Shown here: positions 13,544 through 26,869 of the stretch, in pieces | Numbering within the stretch: the first letter of the stretch is position 1 | How the letters are laid out: every line of letters starts with the position of its first letter | From: Octopus vulgaris | Lineage: Eukaryota | Reading direction: 5' to 3' | DNA length: 64,000 bases | Assembly: GCA_951406725.2 (NCBI GenBank) | Contig: OX597815.1 | Span: 44,454,001-44,518,000 of the forward strand | Position numbers and translations under genes: made by a program | Notes under the pieces: model-generated | The model's input: the letters and a program-made list of their open reading frames with translations, nothing else | Told to the model about the DNA's origin: nothing | The model's database searches: none

Positions 13544-13577
<34 letters not shown>

Positions 13578-13610
13578 ATTACATACATACATACATGCGT
13601 GCATGCATAT

Positions 13611-13641
<31 letters not shown>

Positions 13642-13780
13642 TATATATGTACATACAGATATACATATATATACACACGCATGTATATACAGATAAGTAT
13701 ATGTACACATGTATATATACATGTATATATATATATTATACATGTATGTATGTGTATATGTATAAATACATACATACATA

Positions 13781-13873
<93 letters not shown>

Positions 13874-13876
13874 CAT

Positions 13877-13908
<32 letters not shown>

Positions 13909-13930
13909 TCATTATTATTATCATCATCAT
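13781..13930. repeat. (ATT)n/(AGT)n trinucleotide repeat
   Basis: Direct reading. Confidence 0.95.
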
Positions 13931-14077
13931 ACACATGTTGCTTCTGCTAAATATTAGTAAAAAAAATAGTAAAAAATATACTCGTGGTTTGTGTTCTTTT
14001 TTTCATGCTTGCATCGTCAAACTTATATGTATATACATAAATACATACACATATAGATAGAGTGAGAGAGAGAGAGA

Positions 14078-14131
<54 letters not shown>

Positions 14132-14195
14132 AAAACGGTAAGATAACAAAAGAAAGAAAGAGACCTCAATATTATGTAAATAGAGGAAATTTATC

Positions 14196-14422
14196 TATAC
14201 AATATGTTACATTACTCGGTAGTCAAGATAAAACTCTGAGTTTCAGATGCCGAAGTGGAAATCCACAACACCATCTCTTCGGTTGACTCTGAGTTTCAGA
14301 TGCCGAAGTGGAAATCCACAACACCATCTCTTCGGTTATCTAACCGAAGAGATGGTGTTGTGGATTTCCACTTCGGCATCTGAAACTCAGAGTTTTATCT
14401 TGACTACCGAGTAATGTAACAT

Positions 14423-14430
<8 letters not shown>
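14196..14430. repeat. Perfect inverted repeat with internal 52-bp tandem duplication (pLTR-like foldback)
   Basis: 14196-14284 is the exact reverse complement of 14342-14430; 14233-14284 is repeated at 14286-14337. Confidence 0.92.
14341..14399 (+). ncRNA. Minimal type I hammerhead-like motif (CCGAAGA core variant)
   Basis: taa-CCGAAGA-gatg..catct-GAAA-ctc a gag-TT-tta; also present twice on the minus strand in the left arm. Confidence 0.5.
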
Positions 14431-14476
<46 letters not shown>

Positions 14477-15109
14477 GGTAAACATATTTTTATGTGTGTA
14501 TTTATGTGTAAACGCAGCTCCATGTATTTATCTTATCTGCCGTACAAGAGTACATTGAGCAACGCATATGTACGGCTTAACACTAGATGCAATTGAAGTC
14601 TCACATGAAATCTAGCTCCTGTATGTATATATATCATACACAGAGGTACAGACATACACAAACACACATGTATATATACATCCGAGTATATATGTGCACA
14701 TATGTATGCATGTATGAATGAATGTAAATATGCATGTGTGCATGAACATACGTACATATATACAAGGATTATATATGATGTGTGCTTTCTTCTCTCGGCA
14801 TGGTGTATGGTGTCTGTTAACCAAAAATGCAGTGAAAAAGTAGAAGAAATGCAAAGTGATGCATATGTAAATTAAGTTAATTAGTGGAGATGCATTATGC
14901 ATGCATAGGAGGTGGGGTCATGAATAACTGATATATTTTAGAGTGAATATATACGTGTTCATCTAGATGTGTCTTTGCATATTTTATATAAATATACATA
15001 TATATTACAAGGTTACGTACAAGTTTGTTTGTTTTCATATTACATTCGCGAGGCTTTTGTATTACACACACATACATCTGTATGTATATATATATATATT
15101 ATATATATA

Positions 15110-15553
15110 GGCGGAGGCGTGGCTGTTAGGTAAGAGTCTTGCTTTCCAACCACATGGGTCGAGGTTCAGTTCCACTGCATGGCACCTCGGGCAAGTGTCC
15201 TCTACTAAAACTTCAGGCCGACCAAACAAAGCCTTGTGAGTAGATTTAGTAAACGGAAACTGAAAGAAGCTCGTCGTATATGTGCGTGTGAGTGAAAGAA
15301 AGTGTGTGTGTGTGTGTGTGTGTGTGTCTTTATGCATGTGTCCCCCACCACCACCACCACTGCATGACAGTCGGTGTCGGTGTGTTTAGGTCCTCGTAAG
15401 TTAGCGTTTCAGCAAAAGAGAACGATCGAAAAAATGCCAGGCTTTAGAAAAATAAGTACTGGGATTGATATAGATACATTCGACTAAAAATACTTAAAGG
15501 TGGTGCCCCAGCATGGCCACAGTCTAATGAGTGAAGCATGTAAAACATAAAAG
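15110..15553 (+). mobile_element. SINE A, full length, diverged
   Basis: Head, CORE-like cacctcgggcaagtg, internal (TG)n and tail. Confidence 0.85.
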
Positions 15554-15637
15554 ATGTATTGCATTTGCCTGATGAATAGACAGACAGACAGACATACATA
15601 CATACATACATACATACATACAGACAGACAGACAGAC

Positions 15638-15713
<76 letters not shown>

Positions 15714-16173
15714 GTGCATATATGCCTATGTTCGCATCTTAGCTACCATATAGAACCATTTATCATTTATTTATCGACAGCAAAATCACTGCACACATAA
15801 ATCAGCCCAGGTCTGCAGACCCATGAGGGTCGTGCCTGAAGATAACCACTGCTAATATAAATAATATAAATATATGCATATAATATAAATAATATATATA
15901 TATATATACATACACACACACACACACAAATATATATATATATATATATTGGTTAAGGCCTGTTTATAGGGTTACCCTAGGTTTCTCGCCATAAAGAAGC
16001 CATAGGCCAACAGGTCTATGATGCGCCATAAACATACTATATATATACGAAGGAACTAAGGTTCAGTTGAATTAGGTACTTAAGTTGAAGCACGAGGTCA
16101 GTCGGGTATTATCCGCTCAGCTCGAAGTGATGTGAATAAAGTCAAAATAAGCAACAGGATATCAAGAAGTGAT

Positions 16174-16257
16174 GCAGTACGACCGTTTCAGGCGACTCTA
16201 TTTAATTGAACAATGCAATCATTACATAAACTCAAATGCAGGGCTATCATCAGCTGC
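16174..16257 (-). ncRNA. Hammerhead-like motif (minus-strand arm)
   Basis: gcag-CTGATGA-tagcc..gcct-GAAA-cggtcg-TA-ctgc; stem I gcag/ctgc. Confidence 0.6.
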
Positions 16258-16471
16258 ACAAATGAATAGAATTTTAATCAGTCGGACACATTAATATAAT
16301 TTTACTCAAATACTTTAACAGAGCAAGAAGACAAACAAATTAGAAATGAACCACAATCCTTTACAAACTATGATCCCATTAAGCTTCATGCTTTTCTTGG
16401 AAGTGTAGCATATTCTTAGCTACTATAGCGACAACATGGATTTCTTCCATCTCCTTGTTCTATTTATTTGC

Positions 16472-16555
16472 GCAGCTGATGATAGCCCTGCATTTAAATG
16501 GATGTAATGCTTGCATTTTTCAATTAAATGGAGCCGCTTGAAACAGTCGTACTGC
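16472..16555 (+). ncRNA. Hammerhead-like motif (plus-strand arm)
   Basis: gcag-CTGATGA-tagc..gctt-GAAA-cagtcg-TA-ctgc. Confidence 0.55.
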
Positions 16556-16586
16556 ATCACTTCTTGATATCCTGTTGCTTCTTTTT

Positions 16587-16677
<91 letters not shown>

Positions 16678-16818
16678 GTGTATATATATATATATGTATG
16701 TATATATATAGGTGTCACATATTATATTTACAGATATATATTGTCACATATATTTACAGATAAATTCCTCTATTTACATAATATCGAGATCTCATTTTTT
16801 TGTTGTCTTACCATTCCT

Positions 16819-16871
<53 letters not shown>

Positions 16872-17634
16872 CAATTTTCTTGTGTCCACATATTTATATA
16901 TATATAAATATATGTGTGTGTGTGTGTGTATGCATGTGCATATATGTGTGTGTGTGTGTATTCATATATGTATTTTTGTGTATGTGATATACAATATATC
17001 ATGGTTACATATATGTATGCGCACTGCCATATTATACGTACTCACATGCATGTGATAATTATAGTGTTAGCATGTTGTAAACAAAATTTATGCGCATGTA
17101 TGGTTATAAATGCATTTAGGGAGCCATGTGTTGCACACACATGCATGCATGCATACGCAGTGCACATTCATTCATCTAGTTATCACATGCATATACACAT
17201 GCATGCATACGCATATGTTAGGCTGAATGCATACATAAATGTACCCATAATATGCATATAGGATACATACATATATAGATATATACACACCAGACTACAA
17301 AAATGCATATATATATATACTGTATGTATGTATGTATGTATGTATGCATATATGTATGCATATATGTATGCATGCATGTATGTATGTATGTATGCATGCA
17401 TGCACGCATGTATGTATGTATATATGCATGCATGCATGTATGTATGTATGTATGTATGTATGTATGTATGTATGTAGCGAGATGCTTGGGGATGAAATCA
17501 GTAGAAAACGAAGAGACACGATGTGGGGCGAATACGGAGGAGGGGGAGGAAGAGAAGAAGAAGAAGAAGAAGCTTGTTTTTTTTATAGGCACAGAAAGTT
17601 AAAAGGAAGGACGGGGAGCTAAGATTATTACGGC

Positions 17635-17905
<271 letters not shown>

Positions 17906-18407
17906 GATAGCAGTAGTTATCCTTGTCCTTGCAGAACGTCAAGAGGCGGAGTGAGAAACGTGTGTTGATGAGTGAGGATGCAAGCTAACAAGAGGAGAAA
18001 GAGAGGGAATAAGTGAGTGAGTGTTAAAGATAGAGAGAAAGGGAGTAGGAGGAGAAAAACTGATTGACAGGAAAAGGAGAAAAGAAAGAAAGCAACAATG
18101 ACAGAAAGGAAAAAGAGAAATATATAAGATGCAGGTAGGTAAGTGGTGTCGATAAGAGAAACACGGGAGTGGGGTAGCATAGGGTAAAGGGGGAAATTTA
18201 GAAAGAATAAGAAGGAAATAGTGAGAGGGAGATGAAGATAGAGAGAAGAGGGAAAGAGTGAGAAGTTATAACGAGGTAAGAAGAGAAAGAGGGGAAGAAT
18301 GACGAATAAGCGAGGTGGTGTGGGAAGCAGAAAGAATAGAGAGAGGAAAGGAGCGTGAATGTTGGAGAAAGCGAGAAGGGAGAAATAGCGATACAAGTGA
18401 GATAGAT

Positions 18408-18504
<97 letters not shown>

Positions 18505-18729
18505 AAGAGTGAGAAGAGTGATATAGTAGAAATAGAAGAGAGGGAAGGAGAGTAAAAGAGATTGATAAAGAAGCATGCTGTGTAAGTGGAGAAAGAGCGT
18601 AGTATGCTGAGGCTGAGGTGACGTAAGAGGTAGACAGTAAATAAACGTAAATACAGACACACACAAACACACATACACATACGTATACACGTATGCATGT
18701 ATGCATTTATGCATGTGTGTTATTATGTG

Positions 18730-19083
18730 TAACGTCTGCGCTACGTTCTGAGTTCAAATTCCGCCGAGGTCGACTTTGCCTTTCATCCTTTCGGGGACAA
18801 TAAATTAAGTACCAGTTACCCACTGGTGTCGATATAATCGACTTAATCCATTTGTCTGTCCTTGTTTGTCCCCTCTGTGTGTAGCCCTTTGTGGGCAGTA
18901 AAGAAATAGGTATTTCGTTTGTCTTTATGTTCTGAGTTCAAATTACGACTTTGCCTTTCATCCTTTCGGGGACAACAAATTAAGTACCAGTTATGCACTG
19001 GGATCGATATAATCGACTTAATCCATTTGTCTGTCCTTGTTTGTCCTCTCTGTGTTTAGTCCCTTGTGGGTAGTAAAGAAATA
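18730..19083 (+). mobile_element. SINE B tandem dimer (5'-truncated)
   Basis: Two core+tail units joined by aagaaataggtatttcgtttgtcttta. Confidence 0.88.
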
Positions 19084-19394
19084 TATGTGTAGCAGAAGTA
19101 ACAGGGCCGAGAGTCTCGTGGCTTGACACTTATCAAAACTAGCCTGATAATTGCCAACGCACGAAACTCTCGGCCATTGAATCCCTGTTGCTTCGGCTCA
19201 GTATCAATTAAAAGAATATACATATTACTCATATTTTGAGTTCTGATTTTTATGTTTGCGTCACGAAACCAGTATATATATATGTATATATTTGTATACA
19301 TGTATGTATGTATATATGCACGCATGTCTGTCTGTCTGTCTGTATGTATGTATGTATGTATGTATGTATGTATGTAGGTAGGTAGGTAGGTAGG

Positions 19395-19777
19395 TATGTG
19401 ATTGAGTGTGTCGAAGGAGAGGCAGTGTGTTAAGTAGCTTGCTTACCAACCACATGGTTCCGGGCTCAGTCCCACAGCGTGGAACCTTGGATAAGTGTCT
19501 TCGGGCCGACCAAAGCCTTGTGAGTGGATTTGGTAGGCGGAAACTGAAAGAAGCCCTTCGTATATATATACATATATATACATATGTTTGTGTGTTTGTG
19601 TTTGTCCCCCACCCAAACATCGCTTGTCAACCGATGCTGGTGTGCAATTAGCGGTTCGGCAAAAGCGACTAATAGAATAAGTACGAGGTTTACAAAGAAT
19701 TAGTCCTGAGGTCGATTTGCTCGCCTCAAGGCGGTACTCCAGCATAGCCGCAGTCAAATGACTGAAACAAATAAAAG
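19395..19777 (+). mobile_element. SINE A, near full length
   Basis: Head, CORE-like segment, microsatellite and tail. Confidence 0.85.
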
Positions 19778-19918
19778 AGTCGACTTTGCCTTTCATCCTT
19801 TCGGAGTCGATAAATAGAGTACCAGTTTCGCACTGGGGTCGATGTAATCGACTTAATCCGTTTGTCTGTCCTTGTTTGTCCCCTCTGTGTTTAACCCCTT
19901 GTGGGCAGTAAAGAAATA
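19778..19918 (+). mobile_element. SINE B 3' part fused directly to the SINE A tail
   Basis: gtcgactttgcctttcatcctttcgg..ccccttgtgggcagtaaagaaata. Confidence 0.88.
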
Positions 19919-20777
19919 TATATATATATATATATATATAGATAGATAGATAGATAGATATAGATATATACACGCACACACACACACGAATATATATACA
20001 TTATAAAACACACACACATACATACATACATACATACATACATACATACATACATACATACATACATTATATATACATTTTAGACGGAGAAAAAGAAGTA
20101 AACTGTAGAAGATCAGAAGTAAATATATTGTGGCTGGGTAAGGGTTAAAGGAGAGAAATATAATGGAGAGGAAGGAAAGTGAGACAGACTTTTGGAGAGG
20201 AAGTGAGATACATTATGAGGTATTAGAGAAGAAGCAAATTGAAGTGACAGAGAGAGAGGAAGAGAGAGAGAGGGGGGAAGAGTGAGAGAGAGGGGGAAGA
20301 GGACAAAAGAAAGAGAGAATTTGTATGTGGATAGAAAGAAAAGAAGACTGAAAAAGTAACAATATTACATAAAAAAGTGGGAAAAGCAAAAATAAAAAAG
20401 CGAAGTTAAAAATAATAGGAGAAAAATGAAAACGGTGAAAATTACAAAAAAATATGTGGCCATAGGAGAAGAAGAAGGGAAGAAGGAAGGATAGGAGAAA
20501 CAGAAAAAAATATAGAAAAGAACAGAGAGAATGAGAGAGAGAGAGAGAGAAAAGGAGATAGATAAATGGATAGATGGATAGATAGAGAGAGAGAGAGTGG
20601 GGGGAAGAGACAGGGAGAAAGAGGAATGGCGAAAGTAGTTTTTGGGAAGAGGAGGAGTAGTAAGAGAAGTTAAAGTAAGGAAAGAAGGGAGAAAATTGGG
20701 TCATTACCAGGATAAGTGGAAGTGAAGCAAATGAGGTCATAGCTAACAATCAACAATTTAACAGCGTCCCCACGAAC

Positions 20778-20808
<31 letters not shown>

Positions 20809-21101
20809 TGTATGTATGTATGTATGTATGTATGTATGCATGTATGTATGTATGTATGTATGTATGTATGTATGGATGCATGCACGTATGTATATATGAA
20901 TATGTGTGTGTGTGCATGTATGTATGTATGTATGTATGTATGTATATGTCTGTGTGTGCATGTATGTATGCATGTATGTATGTTTATATTTTTATATATG
21001 CATGTATTATCAGAACTAGAAAGGACGCAGAAAAGTAAAACTGGTAGAATGTAAGATATATAAAACAGGAGATGTGTGTGTGTGTGCGCGCGCGCGAGCG
21101 A

Positions 21102-21133
<32 letters not shown>

Positions 21134-21141
21134 GCGCGCGC

Positions 21142-21295
21142 GTGTGGCTGTGTGGTAAGTAACTTGCTACCCAACCACATGGACCGGGTTCAGTCCCACT
21201 CTGCCATAGCCTCGGTGCGACCGAAGCTTTGTGAGTGGATTTGGTAGACGGACACTGAAAGAAGTTTGTGGTGTATATATGTATATATGTATATA

Positions 21296-21369
<74 letters not shown>

Positions 21370-21605
21370 AGTATATATATAAATATATATATATATGCTT
21401 GAGTCGGTCTGACCCTCCACCATCGCTTGACAGCCGATGTTGGTGTGCTTAAGTCCCCGTAATACAGCGGTTCGGCCAAAGAGATCGAGAGAATAAATAC
21501 AAGGCTTACAAAGAATACGTCCTGAGGTCGATTTATTCGACTAAAGTGGCTGCTCCAGCATGGCCGCAGTCAAATAACTGGAACAAGTAAAAGAAGAACA
21601 AAAGA
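21142..21605 (+). mobile_element. SINE A with expanded internal (TA)n
   Basis: gtggctgtgtggtaagtaac..ccagcatggccgcagtcaaa. Confidence 0.85.
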
Positions 21606-21800
21606 ATGTGTATATATGTATGTATGTAAGTATGTACGTATGTATGTATGTATGTACATATGTATATACATATTATATGTTATGTGCAAATGCACGAAAC
21701 ACCCGACCCTTAAGCGACTCTGTAATGTAACTTTCACTGATTATCAGTAATTAAAAATATACACCCATGCTTTGAGTTCCATTTTCCTGTATATACATAA

Positions 21801-21842
<42 letters not shown>

Positions 21843-22026
21843 GTGTATGTATTTATCCATTTATCTCTCTCCGTCTCTCTCTCTCTCTCTCTGCCTCTCT
21901 TTCTCTATATAGATAGAGAGGGAGAGATAAGTATATATATATATATATATATACATTCAGATACATACATACACATATATACATACATACGTACATACAT
22001 ACATAAATATACATATATATATACAT

Positions 22027-22082
<56 letters not shown>

Positions 22083-22109
22083 CGACACACATACATGTAT
22101 ATATAGTTG

Positions 22110-23400
22110 AAATTTACAGTAAAACAATAGACGAAGACTGATGTATAAACAACAGGTAGATGTATTAGTTTGACGCTCGGAAAGGTGAGAATGTCTTTTA
22201 CGTTTCGAGTCTTACGCTCTACAGCGGAAATAAACAGAAAGACTAACAAACAACTTGTGGATTTAGCGGTCAATCATGGCGGCTGGTTGGAAAATAGTAG
22301 TTGTAGAGCTGATCTAGGAAGAAGGGGAGATAATAAAGTACTGGTGATCCTAAAACAAAGGTACTCGTGCGTGTGAATATGTGAGAGTGTGCATGTGAGA
22401 GTGTGTGTATGTGAGAGAGTGTGTGTGTGTGTGGATAGGGGTTAGTGACTTTGACGTGTGGATGTGTGCGTGTGTAAGTATGTGTTATTTTAATATGTGG
22501 GTGTGTAAATGATGGTGTGTGGGTGTGCGGATGATGGTATGCGGATGTACAGATGATGTGTGGTGTGGGTGCTGGGAAGTGGTCAGTGCTAGTATGTGTA
22601 GAGTTGTGCGAGGTAGTGTAATGTGATGTGGTGGTGTGTGGTGTGTGGTTTGGCGGTGTGAGGCTGGGGTGTGGGCTTGGGGTGAGGATGTGGGTTTCGG
22701 TGAGGATGTGAGGGTGGGTTGAGGATGTTGTGGAGTAGAGTGGGGTATATGGGTGTGAGGTGTCGATGGAGGGAATCAATGAAGAGATAAGGTGAGAAGG
22801 AGTGAAGAGAGGAAGTAGGTGTCGGGGTAAGAGAGGAGAGGAGAGGTGGGTAGGAATGAAGAATGTAAGTAAGTGTCAGATGGAGAGAGGAGAGGAGGGG
22901 AATCAGATGATGAGGGTAGGGGAGGGGAGTTTAGCCCATGTGGTGCAAAGGAGCGAAGAGAGAAGATTAAATCTTGTTCACGGCGAAGGCGGGAGTCCGG
23001 ATAACTCCTGTGCAAAGACAGTCCGAACACAGACAGGTATTGTAATGAATGACCGGTAGAACGGAAATGGCGCGAGACCGGGGTGTCATTGCAGATTCTA
23101 ATGTCTCGCAGGTGCTCTGCGATGTGGTTAACGAAGCAGCGTCTCGTTTGCCCGATATACAAAGAAGGGCAGAAAGAGTAGGAGATGTAGTAAATGACGT
23201 TGCTAGAAGTGCAGGTCAAGGACTCAGTGATATGATAGGGTACCTGTGAGGATGGTGGTGGTGGTGGTGGAGAGGTAGGGGCAAGTTTGGTAGCGCGGGC
23301 GGGAGCAGGGGAACGAGCCAGGTTGGGAAGAAAGTTTGCACCTGGAGGCCACGTAGGTTGTGTTGCAGGATTCCGGATGTGAAACAATGTGTTGAAACAG
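22110..23400 (-). mobile_element. Penelope-like element 3' part (GIY-YIG, CA-rich spacer, pLTR)
   Basis: LTCTSSNVIYYISYSFCPSLYIGQTRR..HIAEHLRDI..PVSRHF..RLRREQDLIFSLRSFAPHGLN in ORF 22776-23477; upstream FPCSRPRYQTCP; pLTR with gagcgtaagactcgaaacgtaa at ~22196-22220. Confidence 0.88.
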
Positions 23401-23406
23401 ATATCG

Positions 23407-23682
23407 TTGTATTTCGGGTTGGACATTGTTTGTTCGTATTTTTTCTTTACGAAACACACTATACATTCGTTCTTCATTCGTTTATTGCCGTTCTCATTCT
23501 AACTCATGTCCATTGCCCGGAAATCTTTCATCACACATCTGTGACCTCGTGTGTGCTCTTGCTCTACTTAGTCCGTTGGACATGAGTTAGAATAGGAACA
23601 GTAATAAACGAGTGAAGAACGAAGTATGTGTGTGTATTTGGCAAAAAAAAAGGAAAAAGAAAATTACCGTTCCGAAATACAA
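23407..23682. mobile_element. MITE/foldback
   Basis: ttgtatttcgg/ccgaaatacaa termini; inner arms 23464-23512 vs 23577-23623 (ttctaactcatgtcca/tggacatgagttagaa). Confidence 0.75.
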
Positions 23683-23705
23683 TACTCACGCACGCACACA
23701 GACAA

Positions 23706-23736
<31 letters not shown>

Positions 23737-23904
23737 TATATATATATTGGATGGTGCATATAATCACAGATGAAATGGGTAATGTTTACAAAACTTGACG
23801 TGCACAATTTCAAAGATGCTCGAGATACTTGCTATATTCTCTATTTCATGTTGTCTAAAACTGATGTGTTTGTTCGTCCATGTGTGCCCAGCTTATTATT
23901 TTAC

Positions 23905-24085
23905 TTTCTTCAGTCACTGGACAGCGGCCATGCTGGGGTACTGCCTCGTAGGGCGTTTCAGTCGAACGAATCGTGCCCAGTACTTTTTGAGAAGCTCGGT
24001 GCTTATTCTATCGTTCACTTTTGCCGAACCGCTGGGTTAAAGAGACCTAAACAAATTAACGTTGGTTGCCGAGCGGTAGTAGAGA

Positions 24086-24120
<35 letters not shown>

Positions 24121-24197
24121 GCTGGATTAAGGGGACCTAAACAAATTAACTTTGGTTGCCGAGCGGTAGTAGAGACAAACACACACACACACACACA
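23905..24197 (-). mobile_element. SINE A 3' half with ~85-bp internal tandem duplication
   Basis: 24031-24119 is repeated at 24121-24197. Confidence 0.75.
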
Positions 24198-24447
24198 ACG
24201 TGCCTCTTGCCTGAAACAGCTGTAAGTTATTTTCCCAATTCATATTCCTGTATGCTATATTTTAATAATTACTGGTATCTTATATATTAATATATTTCAT
24301 ATGTAAAACATAATATCTTATACATGTATGTATATTCGTGTAATTGTCATTTTAATAAATAAAGAAATAAGTTGACATAATATAATGTCTAAAAGTTGAT
24401 GAACCACCTATTAATCCCCTCCATTTTCTTATTGCTCTACATACATA

Positions 24448-24517
<70 letters not shown>

Positions 24518-24518
<1 letters not shown>

Positions 24519-24680
24519 TTCTGTTGGTGATTTCTTTTCCTTCTTTGGACATTTTCCCCTCTCCTTTCCGACGAAGAGCTATGCACGAAATGTCAAAATC
24601 TCTCTCTTTCTCTCTCTCTCCAGCGTCAAACTAATACATTCTATATGCACGGCTTCTTGTTTTGTTATTGTTATTTTAAT
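24518..24680 (+). mobile_element. Solo Penelope pLTR fragment with hammerhead-like motif
   Basis: ttCCGACGAagagctatgcacGAAAtgTCaa..agcgtcaaactaatacat; related to 8860-9013. Confidence 0.55.
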
Positions 24681-24721
24681 ACTTTCTCTTTCCTTCTCTC
24701 CCTCTTTCTCTCTTTCTTTTC

Positions 24722-24772
<51 letters not shown>

Positions 24773-24904
24773 ATATAAATATATAGATAGATAGAGAGAT
24801 AAAACTTACTTGGAAGAGATGCGTGGCGTTCAATAATATAATGATATGAATCATATATACATATAAGCATATATACATACGTATATGTACAATCATCTAT
24901 ACGT

Positions 24905-25415
24905 CTAACACACAGTCCCTTTCGCCAAAGCCACTACACAGAGGAACACTGCTTGCCCATCCTTCTTAAAGTTGGGTGGTAGAGCGTTCCTACGATGGAT
25001 TCAATCGATAACGGGATTCATCCCACACGCCGTTAAGAGCTGTTTGACATAAGTGTACAACTTAGCAACACTCGGACACTGCATGAATGCATGCAAAACA
25101 GTTTCTTAACTCTGCGCGCATCTCGAACGGTTCCGCCTGACAAGTGCTTCCATGCGTGTAGAGCTTATTTCGAACCGGCAGTGCTTTTCTGCCAAGCCAG
25201 AGATTTCTGGGGATTATCCATAGCAGTAGTGCCGGACCCAAAAGCCCTTCGAAATAGACCAGTTAGTACATATTCGTCGACGCCAAGAATTTTCTTGTGA
25301 CTGAAATCGCTCTTACTCACCACTAGATTTCTACATATTGCTACCATAGAACACGCTCTGGCCGTCTTGCCCCATTGACAGAGAACAGTGAAAGTTTGAC
25401 GACATTCCAGATGCC
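24905..25415 (-). mobile_element. L1/Tx1-like LINE ORF2 C-terminal (zf-RVT-like) relic
   Basis: Degenerate frames ..LFRRAFGSGTTAMDNPQKSLAWQ..; ..LSIESIV.. resemble the Tx1/L1 C-terminus. Confidence 0.55.
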
Positions 25416-25813
25416 AGATGATGATGATGATGATGATGAATGACGACGACGACGACGACGACACGACGACGACGACACGACGACGACGACACGACGACGA
25501 CGATGATGATGATGATGATGATGAGGATTTCTTTTAATCGCCACAAGGCCATCAGATGTGAGGGATATTAGAAAGGCAGTGTACAATTTGTGTGTATATA
25601 TAAGGTAAGGGGTAAGAAAGGGATGGGAATGGGGTATGGTTGCAGCAGCGATGGTGGTTTGTTGTGGTAATACTCTCCACCTGTTGTTGTTGTTGTTATG
25701 GTGGATGCAGTGGTTGTCATGGTGATTTTGCTATTCTGATAGCGCTAGTTGTAACTATGGTGATAGGGTTGTGGTATTGACATTTAACATCACAACTATT
25801 GGTGGACGTTGTT

Positions 25814-26320
25814 ATCTTCTTCTTCTTCTTCATCTTCTTCTTCTTCCAATCAGGACTCACGCCCTTAGCCACAAAAAGCTCTGATTTGAGCCTACACTAA
25901 GCTACAAAGAATGCGTGTGGCAACTTGAGGATCCACCCACCACACGCGATAGACTGGCGGTTGCACAGGCGCGAAAGCTACGTTGTTATCCTCATTCCGT
26001 AAACGATGGCTTTTTTAAGGGTGGAGAGCTGAACCATCCTGGGTTACAGAGGATTCGCAATCTAGACTAGGGTCTGAAAGTTTGCCACACCATAATGGTT
26101 TACACCATGGTTCCTCTGCTTTGTGACAGAAGTAGGAAGAAAGAGTGGGAGAAAGTTGTGGTGAAAGAGTACAGTGGGGTTCACCCTCACCCCGCCGGAG
26201 CCTCCTGGAACTTAGGTGTTTTTGCTCAATAAACACTCACAATGCCCGATCTGGGAATCGAAACCGCGTTCTTACGACTGTGAGTCCGCTGCCCTAACCA
26301 CTGGGCCATTGCACCTCCAC
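25814..26320 (-). mobile_element. SINE family C, tail type 1 ending in (GAA)n
   Basis: Head gtggaggtgcaatggcccagtggttagggcagcggactc..tttcgattccc; 10-bp TSD ggacgttgtt at 25804-25813 and 26321-26330. Confidence 0.85.
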
Positions 26321-26499
26321 GGACGTTGTTGTTTTTCTTGTTCTTGTTGCTCTTGTTTTTGTTCTCGTTGTTGTTGGAATATAGTCCCTATCCTACAATC
26401 CTGACATCAAGTCAGCTTCAAACAGCAGACCTTTTTGAACAAATACCATTTACGACCATCCCGTCATTTAGTTATTTAGCTTTCATCCTTTATTTTTAT

Positions 26500-26850
26500 G
26501 TATTTCAGCTAGTAGACTACGGTCATGCTGAGGCACCATCTTCAAGAATTTTAGTAGAATAAAACAGACCCAGTACATTTTCCTTTAACTGTAGTGCTTA
26601 TTTTAGTGTTCCCTTTTTGCCAAACCGCTCAGTTACGGAGACGTAAATGCACTAACATCGGTTATCAAGAGGAAAGGAAATGCAGAGGCCAACACACACA
26701 CTCACACACATACACACACGGTGTTGGTTTGTTTATGACCGATAGAATAAGAATCAAATTCAAAATAAGCTTCTGGGGTCAATTCGTTCAACTAAACTTC
26801 ATCAAGGCGGTGCCCCACCATGGCAGCAGTCAGTTCATCGGACTATAAGA
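26500..26850. mobile_element. Two old SINE A 3'-half relics in opposite orientation
   Basis: ggtcatgctgaggcacc (-) and aggcggtgccccaccatggcagcagtc (+). Confidence 0.55.
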
Positions 26851-26869
26851 AGTTAAGATTTAAAAGTTA

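Larger units (their letters stand above)
16144..16585. mobile_element. Inverted pair of pLTR-like arms (~127 bp each) around a ~185-bp spacer
   Basis: aagcaacaggatatcaagaagtgatgcagtacgac..gggctatcatcagctgc vs gcagctgatgatagccc..gtcgtactgcatcacttcttgatatcctgttgctt. Confidence 0.85.

Noticed and set aside
14233-14393. CRISPR-like repeat array
   Set aside because: Only a tandem plus inverted duplication with no unique spacers, no cas genes and a eukaryotic context
17917-18714. Long hydrophobic 265-aa ORF (also 20213-20749)
   Set aside because: Antisense reading of polypurine and (AGAT)n low-complexity DNA
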